In this document: one piece after another, positions 26,712-40,030 of the stretch
Layout of the letters: every line of letters starts with the position of its first letter
Position numbering within the stretch: position 1 is the first letter of the stretch
Assembly: GCF_009914755.1 (NCBI RefSeq)
Contig: NC_060932.1
Strand: one strand, 5' to 3'
Length of the DNA stretch: 64,000 bases
DNA from: the human T2T-CHM13v2.0 reference genome, Homo sapiens
Program-made: the position numbers and the translations under genes
Notes under the pieces: generated by a model
The model's database searches: none
What the model was told of the DNA's origin: nothing
The model's input: only the letters and a program-made list of their open reading frames with translations

Positions 26712-27925
26712 CATATCCATCACCTTGCTTACCTATCATTTGTTTGGTTAGACATTTGAAATTTATCCTCTTAGCTATTTTGAAATATATTATGTAATAT
26801 GTTATTATTGACTTTAGTCATCCTGTTGTGCAATATATCTCAAAACCTATTCCCCTGTCTATCTAAAACTTTGTACTCTTTGATCAGCAACTTTCCATTC
26901 CCTCTCTCACACTTCCCCAGCCTCATGTAACCATCATTCTACTTTCTACTTCTATGAGTTCAACTTTGTTAGATTCCACATATAAGTGAGATCATGCAGT
27001 ATTTGTCTTTTTGTGGCTGTCTTATTTACTTAGCATGATGCCTTCCTTTTTTAAGGCTGAATACTATTCCATTGTGTATATATATCACTTTTTCTTTATC
27101 ATTTCAGGTGTTGATGGACACTTAGGTTGTTTTCATGTCTTGGCTACTGTGAATAATGCTGCAATGAACATGGGAGTGCAGATACTCCTTCCACATATTG
27201 ATGTCAGTTCCTTTGGCTATATATTCTAAAATGGAGTTACTGGGTCATAGGATAGTTCTATTTTTAATTATTTGAGGAGCCTCCATACTGTTGTCCATAA
27301 TGGCTATACTAATTTATAGTCCCACCAACAACATACAAGAGTTCCCTTTTCTCCATATCCTCTTCAACACTTATTGTCCATTTTTTTGTTGTTGTTGAGA
27401 GCCATTCTAACAGGTCTGAGGTGGTATCTTATTGTACTTTTAATTTGCAGTCTCCTAATGATGAGTGATGCTGAGCTTTTTTTTCATGTGCCTATTGGCC
27501 ATTTTTATATCTTCTTTTGAAGTATTTCTGTTGAGATCCTTTGCCCATGTTTTAATTTGGTTGTTTTCTTGCTATTAAGTTAATTGACTTTTTAATATTA
27601 TATTTTGGATATTGACCCCTTATCAGAAGTATGGGTTGCAAATATATTCTCTCATTTTGTGGATTATCTCTTCACTGTGTTAATTGTTTTCTTTGCAGTG
27701 CAGAAGATTTTTAGTTTGATGCCATTTTGTTTGTCTATTTTTTCTTTTGTTGCCTGTGCTTTTGGGTCATGTCTAAAAATCATTGCCTCAACCCATGCCA
27801 TGGAGCTTTTCTACCATGTTTTCTTCTTGTAGTTTTACAGTTTCACATCTTATATTTATGCCTGTAATTGGTTTTGAGTTGATTTTTGTATGTGGTGTAA
27901 GATAAGGATCTAATTTTATTTATTC
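26712..27925 (-). mobile_element. L1MA/L1MB 3' fragment
   Basis: gattccacatataagtgagatcatgcagtatttgtc and ORF2 3' remnants. Confidence 0.9.
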
Positions 27926-28026
27926 CTCAAATACTCATTGATATCATGTTAAATGAAAGTTTAATATCCAAAATTAACTGTATACTAGATTTACCATTTT
28001 AATAAACATGCTAGTTTTTCTCTGTT

Positions 28027-28130
28027 TGTTCATCTCCCATTAGCCTATCTCCCACCCTTCTCTGCCTTGTTTTATTCTGTTCATCTCCCATTAGCCTATC
28101 TCCCACCCTTCTCTGCCTTGTTTTGTTCTG
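28027..28130. repeat. 51-bp tandem duplication (2 copies, 1 mismatch)
   Basis: tgttcatctcccattagcc... at 28027 and 28078. Confidence 0.9.
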
Positions 28131-28480
28131 CGTTCTAAGAGCCTAACTCTTACAGACTGTATTTTGCAAGCTTCCTCATCAGGAGCTTCCTTCCAATTGG
28201 TTTTGGTTTATCGGAGGCATTAACATACGATTGGAGGGCTGGGCTGGAGAAGAAAATGGTCTGGTGATTGATTTCTTACTGCTTTGGCACCAAATCTATG
28301 GGTTACCATGATTACAGTTCCTGCTAAGTAGCTGTATGTTCTTCCTTTGACTTTGGCTAAGGGTTGGTGACAGCTTTCCACTTTTGTTATTCATTCTGTG
28401 CCTCACTATCCACTGCTTAATCCCTCGCCCATCCCACTTTTCTGAAAGCAGCCTCTTTATTTGACCATCTAGAGTGAATT
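28078..28480 (+). mobile_element. LTR33-like ERVL LTR
   Basis: cccttctctgcc...gcttccttccaattggttttgg...gattggagggc motifs. Confidence 0.45.
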
Positions 28481-29319
28481 CAAGTATATATCCATAAAAG
28501 ATATATGTTAGTTGTCTCTTTATTTGACCCTTTATTAGGAATATGCAGATATAGTGAATACATTTTTAAAAGCCTATCCCTAATGACACCAAAAATTAGA
28601 ATATGCCTGTGTTTATTTCTTTTTGCATTTTCTAAGAGGTAATGTTTCATCCTTAATACCTAGTATACATCTAATCAAGGATAACATTCATCATACAACC
28701 ACAATAAGATTTTCCAGTTCTTTATATTTCTTTCTTACTTTAAGTCCTTTTTCTGACTTTCCTTCACAATATCCTACTTTTTTCTCCACAGTATTTTATT
28801 TTATTGTCATCACCTACCTTTGATTTTATTTTCCTCATTCATTCCCAGATGTTTTATAGACCCATCTATGTGAGCTGTTTTGTCAGTCTCTACATTAAAG
28901 GGACATAAAAAATGAAGCCCAACTGAGAACATCTTCATAAGCCAATAGCAATTTCACCCCCTACCAAAGAAAAAAACTGCTCAAACCCCCAAATCCTACT
29001 ACTTTTTTTTTTTTTTTTTCAAATACAGGGGATTTTTTGTCCAGTTTTTAGGATTAGCAATTCAAATCTTTATTTCATGTATCCAAACTCTAGAGTCCTT
29101 GCACATGTAAAATTTCCATTAAATTTAATGTGGTCTTTGGTATAAAATATACTGTGTCTGACATTTATGTGTGATGTGAGAGTAGTGTTGTGTCTGGAAC
29201 TTTATTTCAGTTGCTGAGGTTGCTTTATATCTTTTGATTTTTGGATCATTTTGCTGCATTTCCATAGCCACCATTGTGATTCTAGTTGAAAAATGTTCAT
29301 TTTCCACTTTGTAAAGTAG

Positions 29320-29724
<405 letters not shown>

Positions 29725-30689
29725 GATACTTCTTTCTACTCTACAAATAGTTCTTGCTTTTTGACTTAAAATAGGCCACTATTCTTTAAAAAATTTCCTC
29801 TGCAATCTGGTCTGTCTCATTCAGTACCATTTTCACCTCAACTATTCAAAACTCTTTCCCTTTGGAAAATAAATATCCTCTTACTTATAAGTTTAAACCA
29901 GTTTCTCAAAAGAGATATTATTTTAGCCTAGAGAATACTGTGGTCTGAGTCACATGGATCATAAAACCCAATGGCACAGTGGATGACATGGCTCTTCTGT
30001 GATCTAGTGCCTGCCTAAGTTCCCCGTCAGCCCTCCACAAATAATTCATAGGGTTGATACGTGGGACCTGACAGTCTACTCATTCTGTTCTTTCTGCTTG
30101 TTTATGAATTAAGGTAGATGGCATTGGGAAAGTTAATCTTTCTTGCCACAGGAGAGTAAGTAGAAGGCAGCATCGTACTTGGTTAATTGGGGCGGGTGGG
30201 TGGGGGTGGTTCTTCTTTCCCAGTGACAGAAGGTGGAAGACTTCAAAATGTACCAGAAGGAGACAGATGCCAACTGTGAGAAGAAGGTAATAACTACCTA
30301 AAGGTCTTTAAGAATGAAACGCATGCACGTTTGTGTGTGTTTGTTATGATTTTAGTGCACTGGAGAATCTGATATTTGTTTCTAAGTGATTAGATTTACT
30401 CAATTTGAAGGGCGCAGTATTATAAGCCTCATGGCCCTTCCTGTGGACTTTGCATACAATGGTTTCATTTTGAGTCAACATGGAACAAAAGAAATCTAAG
30501 AATCCAAACTCTAGCATAGACTCATGAATTTGGGCAAGTTTTATGTTGTCTAGTTCCTAGTGTTTTCTTCTATAAAATGGGAATAACTACATATGACTTG
30601 CTTACCTTAGAGGGGATAGTATTATAAGGCAAGTGTGCTTTGAAAATTGCTACATGCTATACAGATGTATAGAATCGTTATTTCAGGGG

Positions 30690-31070
30690 GCATTGATGTT
30701 ATAGCCATCACTGTCACTAACACATTGATAATATTTAAATCTTTATCACCAACCCCAGTCTCCCCCTTGACCTCAGATCCATATTTTCAGTGATCTGCTC
30801 GATATCTCCTTAAATGTAATTAAAGGCACATCAGTTCAGTATGTCTTAAGTGATACTCGTCATCTTTTGAACCTGCTCTTTCTACTGTACCATGGTTAAT
30901 GACACCACTGTATTTCTTGTCACTTAAAACAGAAATCTAGTAATACCCTTTACTCTTTTCCATCCTTCATATCTCATTAAAATAGTAAGATCCGTTTATC
31001 TGCCTCTATAAAATTGCTTGATTCTGTTTTTTTCTCTCCATTATCACCTATGTTCTAGGTTAGGACCCTT
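30690..31070 (+). mobile_element. L2 fragment (continues ~31790-32200)
   Basis: aaatctttatcaccaaccccag...ctcagatccatattttc...gaaatctag motifs. Confidence 0.55.
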
Positions 31071-33710
31071 GTCATTGTGGGAGAAACAAACGGTACATGA
31101 TTTACAATGAACGTCTTGGAATTATGCATTAGTTTTTTTTTCTTAAATAGGTCTATAGGGAGAAAACCAACAGCAACAGTCAATACTGTCTAACCAGCAA
31201 GTTAATTCATGCCTTTATGTAGTGGAAAAGTTACAGAAAGAAGTTAGTATCCAATTTTAGTGAATAAACTTGATTTCTATAACTAATATAATCTAGCAAA
31301 CACAACTTCCTATAACAAAAAAATAGTGAGCAAAGACATACGATCACAAACATAGTAAACAAGCTTGCAGTAACCTTGAAATTAAGAATTATATTTCATA
31401 GGAGAAAACTATGTCTTTCTGGTTAGGAAGCAAAATATTACTGGAAATCCTTCTCCCTCTTTTAGCTAACTGGGCAGAATCTCAAGTTTAAAACAATAAT
31501 ATATGAAGTACTATAGGTTTAACTTTTCAATATACTTGACTGATTCTTTCTTTATCATTCTTTTATGAAAATGAGCTTGTAAATATTTCTTAGCTTCTTC
31601 CATATTTTTATAACAGAGCATGGATTTCTAGCCCAGTGCTTTGCAGTCTCAAGGACTCTTATACCAACAACTTCCTTTCCTCTTGAGAGTTCTCATAAAA
31701 TGTCATTGTGATATGTGCTTTGTGGCTTCAAATGCAATTTTAATCAAGTTCATATGAAAGTTTGGGTGAGTTTACAATTTTTTCTTTCTACATTGTCTTT
31801 TGGACTGTTTAAATCGTCTTTTTATTGGTTTTCTCATCTTTAGCTTCACCTTTCTCTAATCCGTTCTTCATATTGACAGCTATGACCTTTGTAGAATGCA
31901 AATGTAATCAAGTCACTTTCATGTTCCAAACCCTTCAGTGGAGTTTGAAACCTATAACATGCAGGCAAAAAACCTTGATAGGGTGTAGAAGTTCCTCTAT
32001 GATCTGGCCTCTCTTGTGCCACATTTGTCTAGTCTCTTCCCTGTACCCTCTGTCTCAGATATCTCATCTTCCAGCCTTTCGGACTACTTGTAGTTATTCA
32101 GATACACAATATGGGTTTGTGTCTCCGTGTACCTTTACCTAGAATTTCCTCTCTCATTACTTTCTCTTGCCCTTCCCACCCTGGTGAAATCCTGCTTCCT
32201 TCTTCCTCTCTCTTCTTTTCTCTCTTTCTTTGGTATTTAAACCAATTTTAATTCTGAAATAATTTCAGACTTTAAAAAGTTACTAAATAGTACAATTTTC
32301 TGTACCCCCTTCAGCTAGAGTTCCTTAGCTTTCTAGCTGCTGTTCAGTTTTATTATATCATGCCAGATATGCCAATAAAATGTATTCCAAGCATTTCCTA
32401 TGAAAACATCCAGGTAACACCATCTTCCAAATATTTTTGGTTAAATAAATGTCTAAAGAGGAGAAGTCTATTTTTCTGTATTTACTGAAATTGAAGAGCT
32501 AGAGTTTTTCCCTTTGGGAAGGCAAGACAACCAAAGGTAATCAGATATGAAATTCATTCCTTCTGCCTTTTCTTGGCTTTAGAAATTTAAACTGCAGCGA
32601 ATTTTGAGAAATAGTTACTCATCAAGATGAATGAAGAAAATTACAGAGCTCTCTGCCACAGTCATCCTACCCCCTTGTCTTGTACTCTGATTATCTAAAG
32701 AAAGAGGGAGAAAAAAAAAGTGGAGTGGGAACTTCCAGGAAGAACCAGGCTATTATTAATTAAACACAGGAAGTATTCCTTTCTCCAAGACACACCTATT
32801 CCAGTTTTTAGGTTGGGATTCAGTTACTCTTTCTTCTTTCAACTAAACTACATGTCACACTCTTTTTTAATCATTACCTTATTTATCTATCTCCACTGGA
32901 CTCTGATTTCTTCGAGGAGAGGGGTCAAATAGTCATTTTTTTTTTTTGGCGGCACCTATTAAAGTGCCTGGCAAAGAGGAGGAATTAATGATGTTTGTTG
33001 ACTGATTGACTGATGAACTAAACTAATAAAGTGTAGCAGCAATTAACAAAGGTGATCTTGATGTTTGCAAAATGTCTTCCGAAGGGATATTTCAGCATTA
33101 AAAGAAGACAAGATCTCTTGTGATGACTCTTGGTAGGGTATGTTCTATTTCTCTAAATTTTCTTGGCTGACATAGGTAATTATAAAACTTTTGAAGACCT
33201 ACTGGAATGTTTTTCAGTTCTGCAAAGTTATTAGCAAATGTAGCTCTTGATAGACCACCTGTTTACACTCATGCAAACTGGGATATCCTCCCAGGTTACT
33301 CCTGTCTGAGCTCTCCTATGTGACCTAGGTGAGTATGGGCCACTGGCAGTCTATTCACCCAATAAAGGTGATGCCTCAGAATCCCCGGAGGAGCTTGTTA
33401 AAAATACCAATGTCAGGGCTCTAGCTCATAGTGACAAAGGGAAAGCCTTAGATGGAAATTTCAATATTTTTGCACTTCAAGCTTCTGATTCTTTTCATCA
33501 TTCTAAAAAGAAGAAAAAAATATCTTATGGTTGCTTGTATAGGCATCTCTGTGCTTATTTTCTCTAATCAATAAAACAAGGTACTTTTTCAATTGAACTT
33601 TTTTGATGTCTGTGCTATTGGCATTGGATTTTGGTTTTAATCTAAGGCCTATGATCTTTGGACGCAAACCTATAAGAATAAGAGAAAAACCAATATGAAG
33701 AATATGACTA

Positions 33711-34449
33711 CTTTATTTCATCATCTGTAAGATGTATATCTCTCCTATCTTAAAATCTCTGAAACTGGGATGTACCTTTTAATTGATGGCATTTTATATT
33801 ATCTCTCAGGGAGGCAGCAGTTGTGAAGTGGTTGGCATGACCTGTACATGCATTCAAGATGTCAGCATCAAAATTTGTTGAATGCATGTCAACAGCTTGG
33901 AAAAAAATCCTGGAGACAGAAGTGGATCACTCTTTTTAACCACTAGAAACCAATTGTTCAGATTATTGGCAATCTTTCTAGAGCGAGTCAAAGAAGACTA
34001 GCTGTACATGATTGCAAAACTATGTTAAGAAGACCTAAAGTAAACTTGGTTTTTGATATGGATTTTAGAAAATACTTTATTATCAACTTCATCATTAGCA
34101 CTTTTCGTGGCACGGATTGATATTGTGTAGGAGAAGTTGGATATTAAGGACTCAGTGAAAAAGTGATGAAGATTTAAGTCTGAATTTTAGAGAAATGTCA
34201 GGAATACCTTAACCAGTTTATTTCTCTTACATTTTCCTTTTCATGTATGCACAAAAGTAATTTATGATAAAAATCTATGATTAATTAAGCCAAAACCATT
34301 CTTCCAATAAATATAATATAAAAATTCTAAGTGATAAGGCAGTCTTAGGTTATAGTTTAATTAGCAGGATATTTTTCTTTCTTTCTTAGAGGTCCCACAG
34401 TAATGGAATTTCTTCCCATTGATGGATAGTTAGATTCCATGAAATGAAG
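33711..34449 (+). mobile_element. Kanga1/MER104-family TcMar-Tc2 DNA transposon (deletion derivative)
   Basis: Degenerate TIRs (ctttatttcatc / atgaaatgaag) flanked by TA; aaatctctgaaactgggatg and ggaggcagcagttgtg match the recalled Kanga1 5' end. Confidence 0.65.
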
Positions 34450-34619
34450 TAATGAAAATTCTAGTCCTACTGCTTGCTTCCTAAGTGCCAGACACTCTTC
34501 CAAGCAGGCCACATGTATCAACTCATTTAGTTTTCACAAAACCCTATGAGATAGGTGCTATTGCTGTTCTCATTTTACATAAAAGGAATGAAGTCACAGA
34601 GATGTGATTCTAACTTTTG

Positions 34620-34695
34620 GCTACTTTCTAGATTTTTTTTTTCTTTTTTTCCCCCATGTTGCTGAGTCCATGCATGTAGCTACTTTCTAGATTTT
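34620..34695 (-). mobile_element. Tiny orphan retro-insertion with poly(A) tail and 17-bp TSD
   Basis: gctactttctagatttt at 34620 and 34679 flank poly-T plus a 28-nt body; TTTT/AA site. Confidence 0.65.
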
Positions 34696-34865
34696 AAAAC
34701 CATGACATTCCTCTCTTACACTCAGTTCCTCATCTGCAAAGTGGGCATCATAAAGTTCATCTCATAGGACTGTGGTGAAGATTAAATTAGCTGATATATT
34801 TATATTATGTCACTTAGCACATCAAAAGGTTTAAGTAAGACAATTCCAAAAGTTATGAATTCTGT

Positions 34866-35474
<609 letters not shown>

Positions 35475-35519
35475 TGAATTCTCTTCCTTTTACTAATGAA
35501 AATATTCACATAGTAGTCA

Positions 35520-36090
35520 TTGTTGGTTGCCTACGTGGCTTTTCTCTTCCACCATAAAAGGATCTTTATTTTGTTCACATATCTAGCACCTCCACCAAGT
35601 AGCCCCTGTGTCTCAGGGTAAACTAACCCTTCAGAACTCTAGCAGTGACGTTTGATTATTTTAAGCTTCATTGTACTATTCTCCTTGCTAATGATGGGTT
35701 CAGGAACCCAGGGCTAAGCCAATCAGATCATGATATTTCCCCTAAGAACAAGGAAATAGCATGGGCATTTGACCCAATGGGGTATAAAGATAAGTTGATG
35801 GGTACTTCTGGAAAAAGATGAAGATATAGGAAAATATATATGTTTCCAGACTATGAAGCCCAGCACTGCCACAGCTATTTAGCTACCTGCCTGAGGATGG
35901 AGTGGGTCCATAGTAAGGAACAGATCTAAAACAGCTATAGAGAAACAGACAACTGGGGCTACGAGAGTAAGTCAACTGCAAAACGCACCATAATTTTGAA
36001 TTCCCCGTTGTTAAACTGAGTCAATTCTTTTTTGTTTAGACTAACTTGAATTGAAATTTCTGTTATGTGTAGCTAAAAGCATCCAGAATC
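35520..36090 (+). mobile_element. Old MLT1 (J/K-like) LTR
   Basis: ctaagccaatcagatcatg, ggcatttgacccaat, gaaatttctgttatgtgtagctaaaagcatcc. Confidence 0.5.
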
Positions 36091-36471
36091 CTAACAGAAC
36101 AAATATCTCTAATTACTTTGGTCGTGTTTGTTCCAGGCCCTCTACTCTGCACTTGGTGTACATTGGATGCATCCTTACATCACTATCTTCATTTTAAAGT
36201 AAGGAAATGGAGTACAGACAAGGAGCGAACTCAGAATTTTCTTTTCTTTTTGCTTCTCAATCAGTGATCTTAACCACCCTATCTTTCTTAACCTGATATC
36301 TGGTACAATTTTTTAAAAATCTTTTTTTTAAGATTCATTTTTACTCTTGTTTTACAAATAATCCATGGTCATTATAGAAAAAGTAGAGCATACAGAAGCA
36401 AAACTGAATATAAGAACAATTCATATTTCCACTTTCTTGAAATAACTACTGTTAACATTTGGCGCATACCT

Positions 36472-37106
36472 TTTATTTTTTTAATTATTTTTTCTTTTTC
36501 AATTTTTATTTTAGATTCGGGGATACACACGTATCCCCTGTGTAACAAACACAGGTTTGTTACAAAGGTATACTGTGTGATGCTGTGGTTTGAGGAACGA
36601 TTGACTCTCTTACCCACGTAGTGAGCATAGTGAGAAGCCCTTGCCCCTCCCTCTCTCCCTCCTCTAGGAGGCCCCAGTGCCTATTGTTCCCATCTTTATG
36701 TCCATGTGTACCCAGCGTTTAGCTCCCAATTGTAGATGAGAACATGTGGGATTTGTTTTTCTGTTTCTGGATTAATTTGCTTAAGATAATGGCCTCCAGC
36801 TGCATCCATGTTGCTGCAAAGAACATGATTTCATTCTTTTTTATGGCTGCATAGTATTCTATGGTATATATGTATCAGATTTTCTTCATCCAGTCCACCA
36901 TTGTTGGGCACCTGGGTTGATTCCATGTTTTTGCTGTTGTGAATAGTGCTGCAATGAACACACGGGTACATGCATCCTTTTGCTAGGACAATTTCTTTTC
37001 CTTTGGGTTTATACTTAGTAGTGGGATTGCTGGGTCAAATGGTAGTTCAATACTTAGTTCTTTGAGAAATCTCCAAACTGCTCCCCACAGTGGTTGGACT
37101 AATTTA
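36472..37106 (-). mobile_element. L1PA16/L1PB-like 3' end
   Basis: T-rich tail, ccatctttatgtccatgtgtaccc, gataatggcctccagctgcatccatg. Confidence 0.9.
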
Positions 37107-37385
37107 CTGTTAAAATTTTGTGATGGTCTGTTTTGTGACAAAAATATCTATCTTAGTAGAAACTGTTTTCACCTAAATATTTAATCTTGTTTCATTTTAT
37201 TTACTTTAATATCTTCCTCCAAAGTCATTTTTTGTAAACTGCAGAGTCATCTGCATCTTATTATTGGTGAAATTGATATCATGGGTGACAAACTGTACTC
37301 AGGCAGGTAATGAGTGAAAAGATCAGGGTGTGGGAGAAAAACCCTAAAGTGCAGGCATGGTGATAGATGTTGAGGGCACAGTGAA

Positions 37386-37761
37386 TGTATTAGTCTACCA
37401 AGGCTGCCATAACAAAACACCACAGACTGGGGCGCTTAAATAACAGAAATATTACAGCTCTGGAGGTTGCAAGACCAAGATCAAAGCGTGGGCAGATTTG
37501 GTTTTTCCTGTAGCCACTCTCCTTGGCTTGCAGATGGCCGTCTTCTCACTGTGTTCTCACATGACTTTTCTCTGTGTGCAAGCATCCTTGGCATCTCTTC
37601 CTCTTTTTGTGAGGACATTAGTCAGATTGGATTAGGGCTCTACCCTAATGGCCTCATGTAACCTTAATTGCCTCTTTAAAATCTCTATTTCCAAATACAG
37701 TCATGTTGAGGCTAGGACTTCAACATATGAATTTTGGAGGACTGCAATTCAGTCCCTAATA
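37386..37761 (-). mobile_element. MLT1B-like MaLR solo LTR
   Basis: tgtattagtc...ggctgccataacaaaacaccacagactgg...cttcaacatatgaatttt. Confidence 0.85.
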
Positions 37762-39225
37762 AAGGGATATAGTGGGGCTCTGGTGACCTGGAGAATGAGC
37801 ATTCTCTTGTCCTTTTGAAGGAGACCCTCCCCTATTTGGCCCCCATTAATTACTGCCACAAGGAAGGAGGACTTGGCATTGTCAGGTCTGCCTTTTCAAT
37901 TCACACTTGGAATACAAGTTTTTAAGTAAAGTCTTCCAATTTCAAAAATTGTCACCTAATAACAAAAATATGTGTTTGTGGCCAGCTATCTGTTTGTGAA
38001 GTCTGGATCAAATAGGCAATAATTGCCGATTCACAACAATGGGTTGTTCTGTCACCATTTTCTGCTCTTCTCCTGCTCTCTCTCTTCCTCTAGGTACCAT
38101 TTCACTGCAAATAGAGAATGTTGGAGCTGGACTCAAGTAGTAGCCCAGCCTCAGTCAGACATGGGTCAGAAGTCATTTAGTTGTCATTAGTTATCTCCTG
38201 AGTCCCTGAGATAGAATAAGTCAAGTTTTGAGAGGTCAGCTATTCTTCAATAGACTTATTAACTGTAATTGGTTCCACTAAGATAGAAACATATAGTTAT
38301 ATTTAAAGAATCAATAGTCTCAGTCAATTATTAAAGTAGGTGAATAGCTACTGAGTGTCCAAGGACTAATACCATGTATGCAGTGATCCATACCCTGCTT
38401 TAATTATAATTGGTCTAGGTCTTTAAAGCACAAGGCACTGTCTAGATGAAGTATGTAATGACTCCCTAATGATGAAAAGTAATGTGTATATACAGAGACA
38501 GCAAGAAAGAACCAAATGATTAAAAGAGAAAAAAAAATAGCTGATCACAGAAAATGCACTTTCAAAGAATTTTAAGGTTGAGAAGGTATTTATTTCTTTT
38601 TATCTCAGTGTAGTGGTCTTGGCTGAGTTCCAGTGCTTCAGGGTTTTCAGGTACCAAAAATTCAACCAGGTGGGTGGTTAGAGAGAACAGTCTAGAAGAT
38701 CCAACAAAAGGCAGTTGGCAGATGTCCAGGTAAGGATATTGATCATGATGATGTGAAGATAAGAGTAGACAATTTGAAAAGAAGTGAATGTCATGTGATA
38801 GGACCTACTAGAATAATGTAGAGTTCAGGACTCTGAATCAACAGAGAGGACTGACAGAGAAAGCCTTAGTTTGGGAGAAACGATAATGTAAGAAGTGTTC
38901 AGTCAGGACTAGAGAACGAGCCTGTTTTGTTTTTGATTTTTGTTTTGTTTGAACTGGAGCACCAGAAGAGAAAAAAAAGCACTAGGAAGTTTGACTTGAT
39001 GCCTAGACAAGACAAGGACAAGAGCTCAGGAGAAGGGTCTGATCTTGCAGCTGGAAGGAAAGGAGGCTAAGCAGTTTTCAGGAAAAGCAGGCAGAAACCA
39101 GACAAGTGATTACAAAGTCATTGGATGCCAAGTGCAAAACAGAACCTGTATTATGACCGTGACTAAAAGACATCACACCACTGGATGTAGAAACGAGTAG
39201 CTCCGGAGGGACATCTCTTCTCCAT

Positions 39226-40030
39226 TGTGGCAGAAATAATGATCCTTCCCAAATATTCCATTTACTTTCCCCACACTTCCCAGGTTCCTTCCAATTAGAA
39301 TCATGTGACTCCTTTTGGTCATTGAAATGACAGCAAAAAATGGCATATGTCACTCCCAGGTGGAGGCAATGAAAAGTGCACGCACTTTCCCCCTTGTGGT
39401 GGATGCTATGATATGCTGCCCAGATCTGCTCTTCAGGACTGAGACTCTGATTCCTCCCATTGCTGACAGCTCTCAGCTGAGTTGCTCTCCTGGAATTATC
39501 CTCAGTAGAGGAGAGCCACTTTACTCAAGGTCATAACCTCTCTCTGGGGTCAAGCTAATCAAATGACTGGTTGATAAGGGATAATAAAGGCCCAGGTCCC
39601 TTGCCTTAAGGTGAGAGAACTGTGAAGAACCATTTGAGCTCCAGGACTCCCTTTTGGGTTGGTCAAGACCTTTGTTGTTACTACATACATAGTAAGTAGT
39701 TCAACAATTGTCTGCTCAACCATTCTTGCACTATCCCTGGCAGATATCAATTAGAGTTCCCTCCCCAATAACCTTTTTGCACAGAAATCTTTATCTTGAT
39801 CTGTTTTCCAGGTAGCCTGACCCAAGACACTTTCCTTCTGCTGATGTTTAGATCATGTAGCTATGAGATGGCAAAGAATGTTACAATCTGGATCTGTGAG
39901 TGGAACAGAGCCCTTGTGGACCTGCAGTAGACATGCTGCATGAATAAGCAATAAGCCTTTATTGTACCAAGCCACTGAGATTTGGAGATAATTTGCCACT
40001 AATGCCTAACCTAACCTATCCTGACTAATA
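39226..40030 (+). mobile_element. MLT1J-like LTR interrupted by LTR16
   Basis: tgtggcaga start; aagccactgagatttggag...tatcctgactaata end. Confidence 0.6.
39395..39829 (+). mobile_element. LTR16 (C-like) ERVL LTR
   Basis: tgtggtggatgct...gctgacagctctcagctgag...ccccaataa...gcacagaaatct...ccaagaca. Confidence 0.7.
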
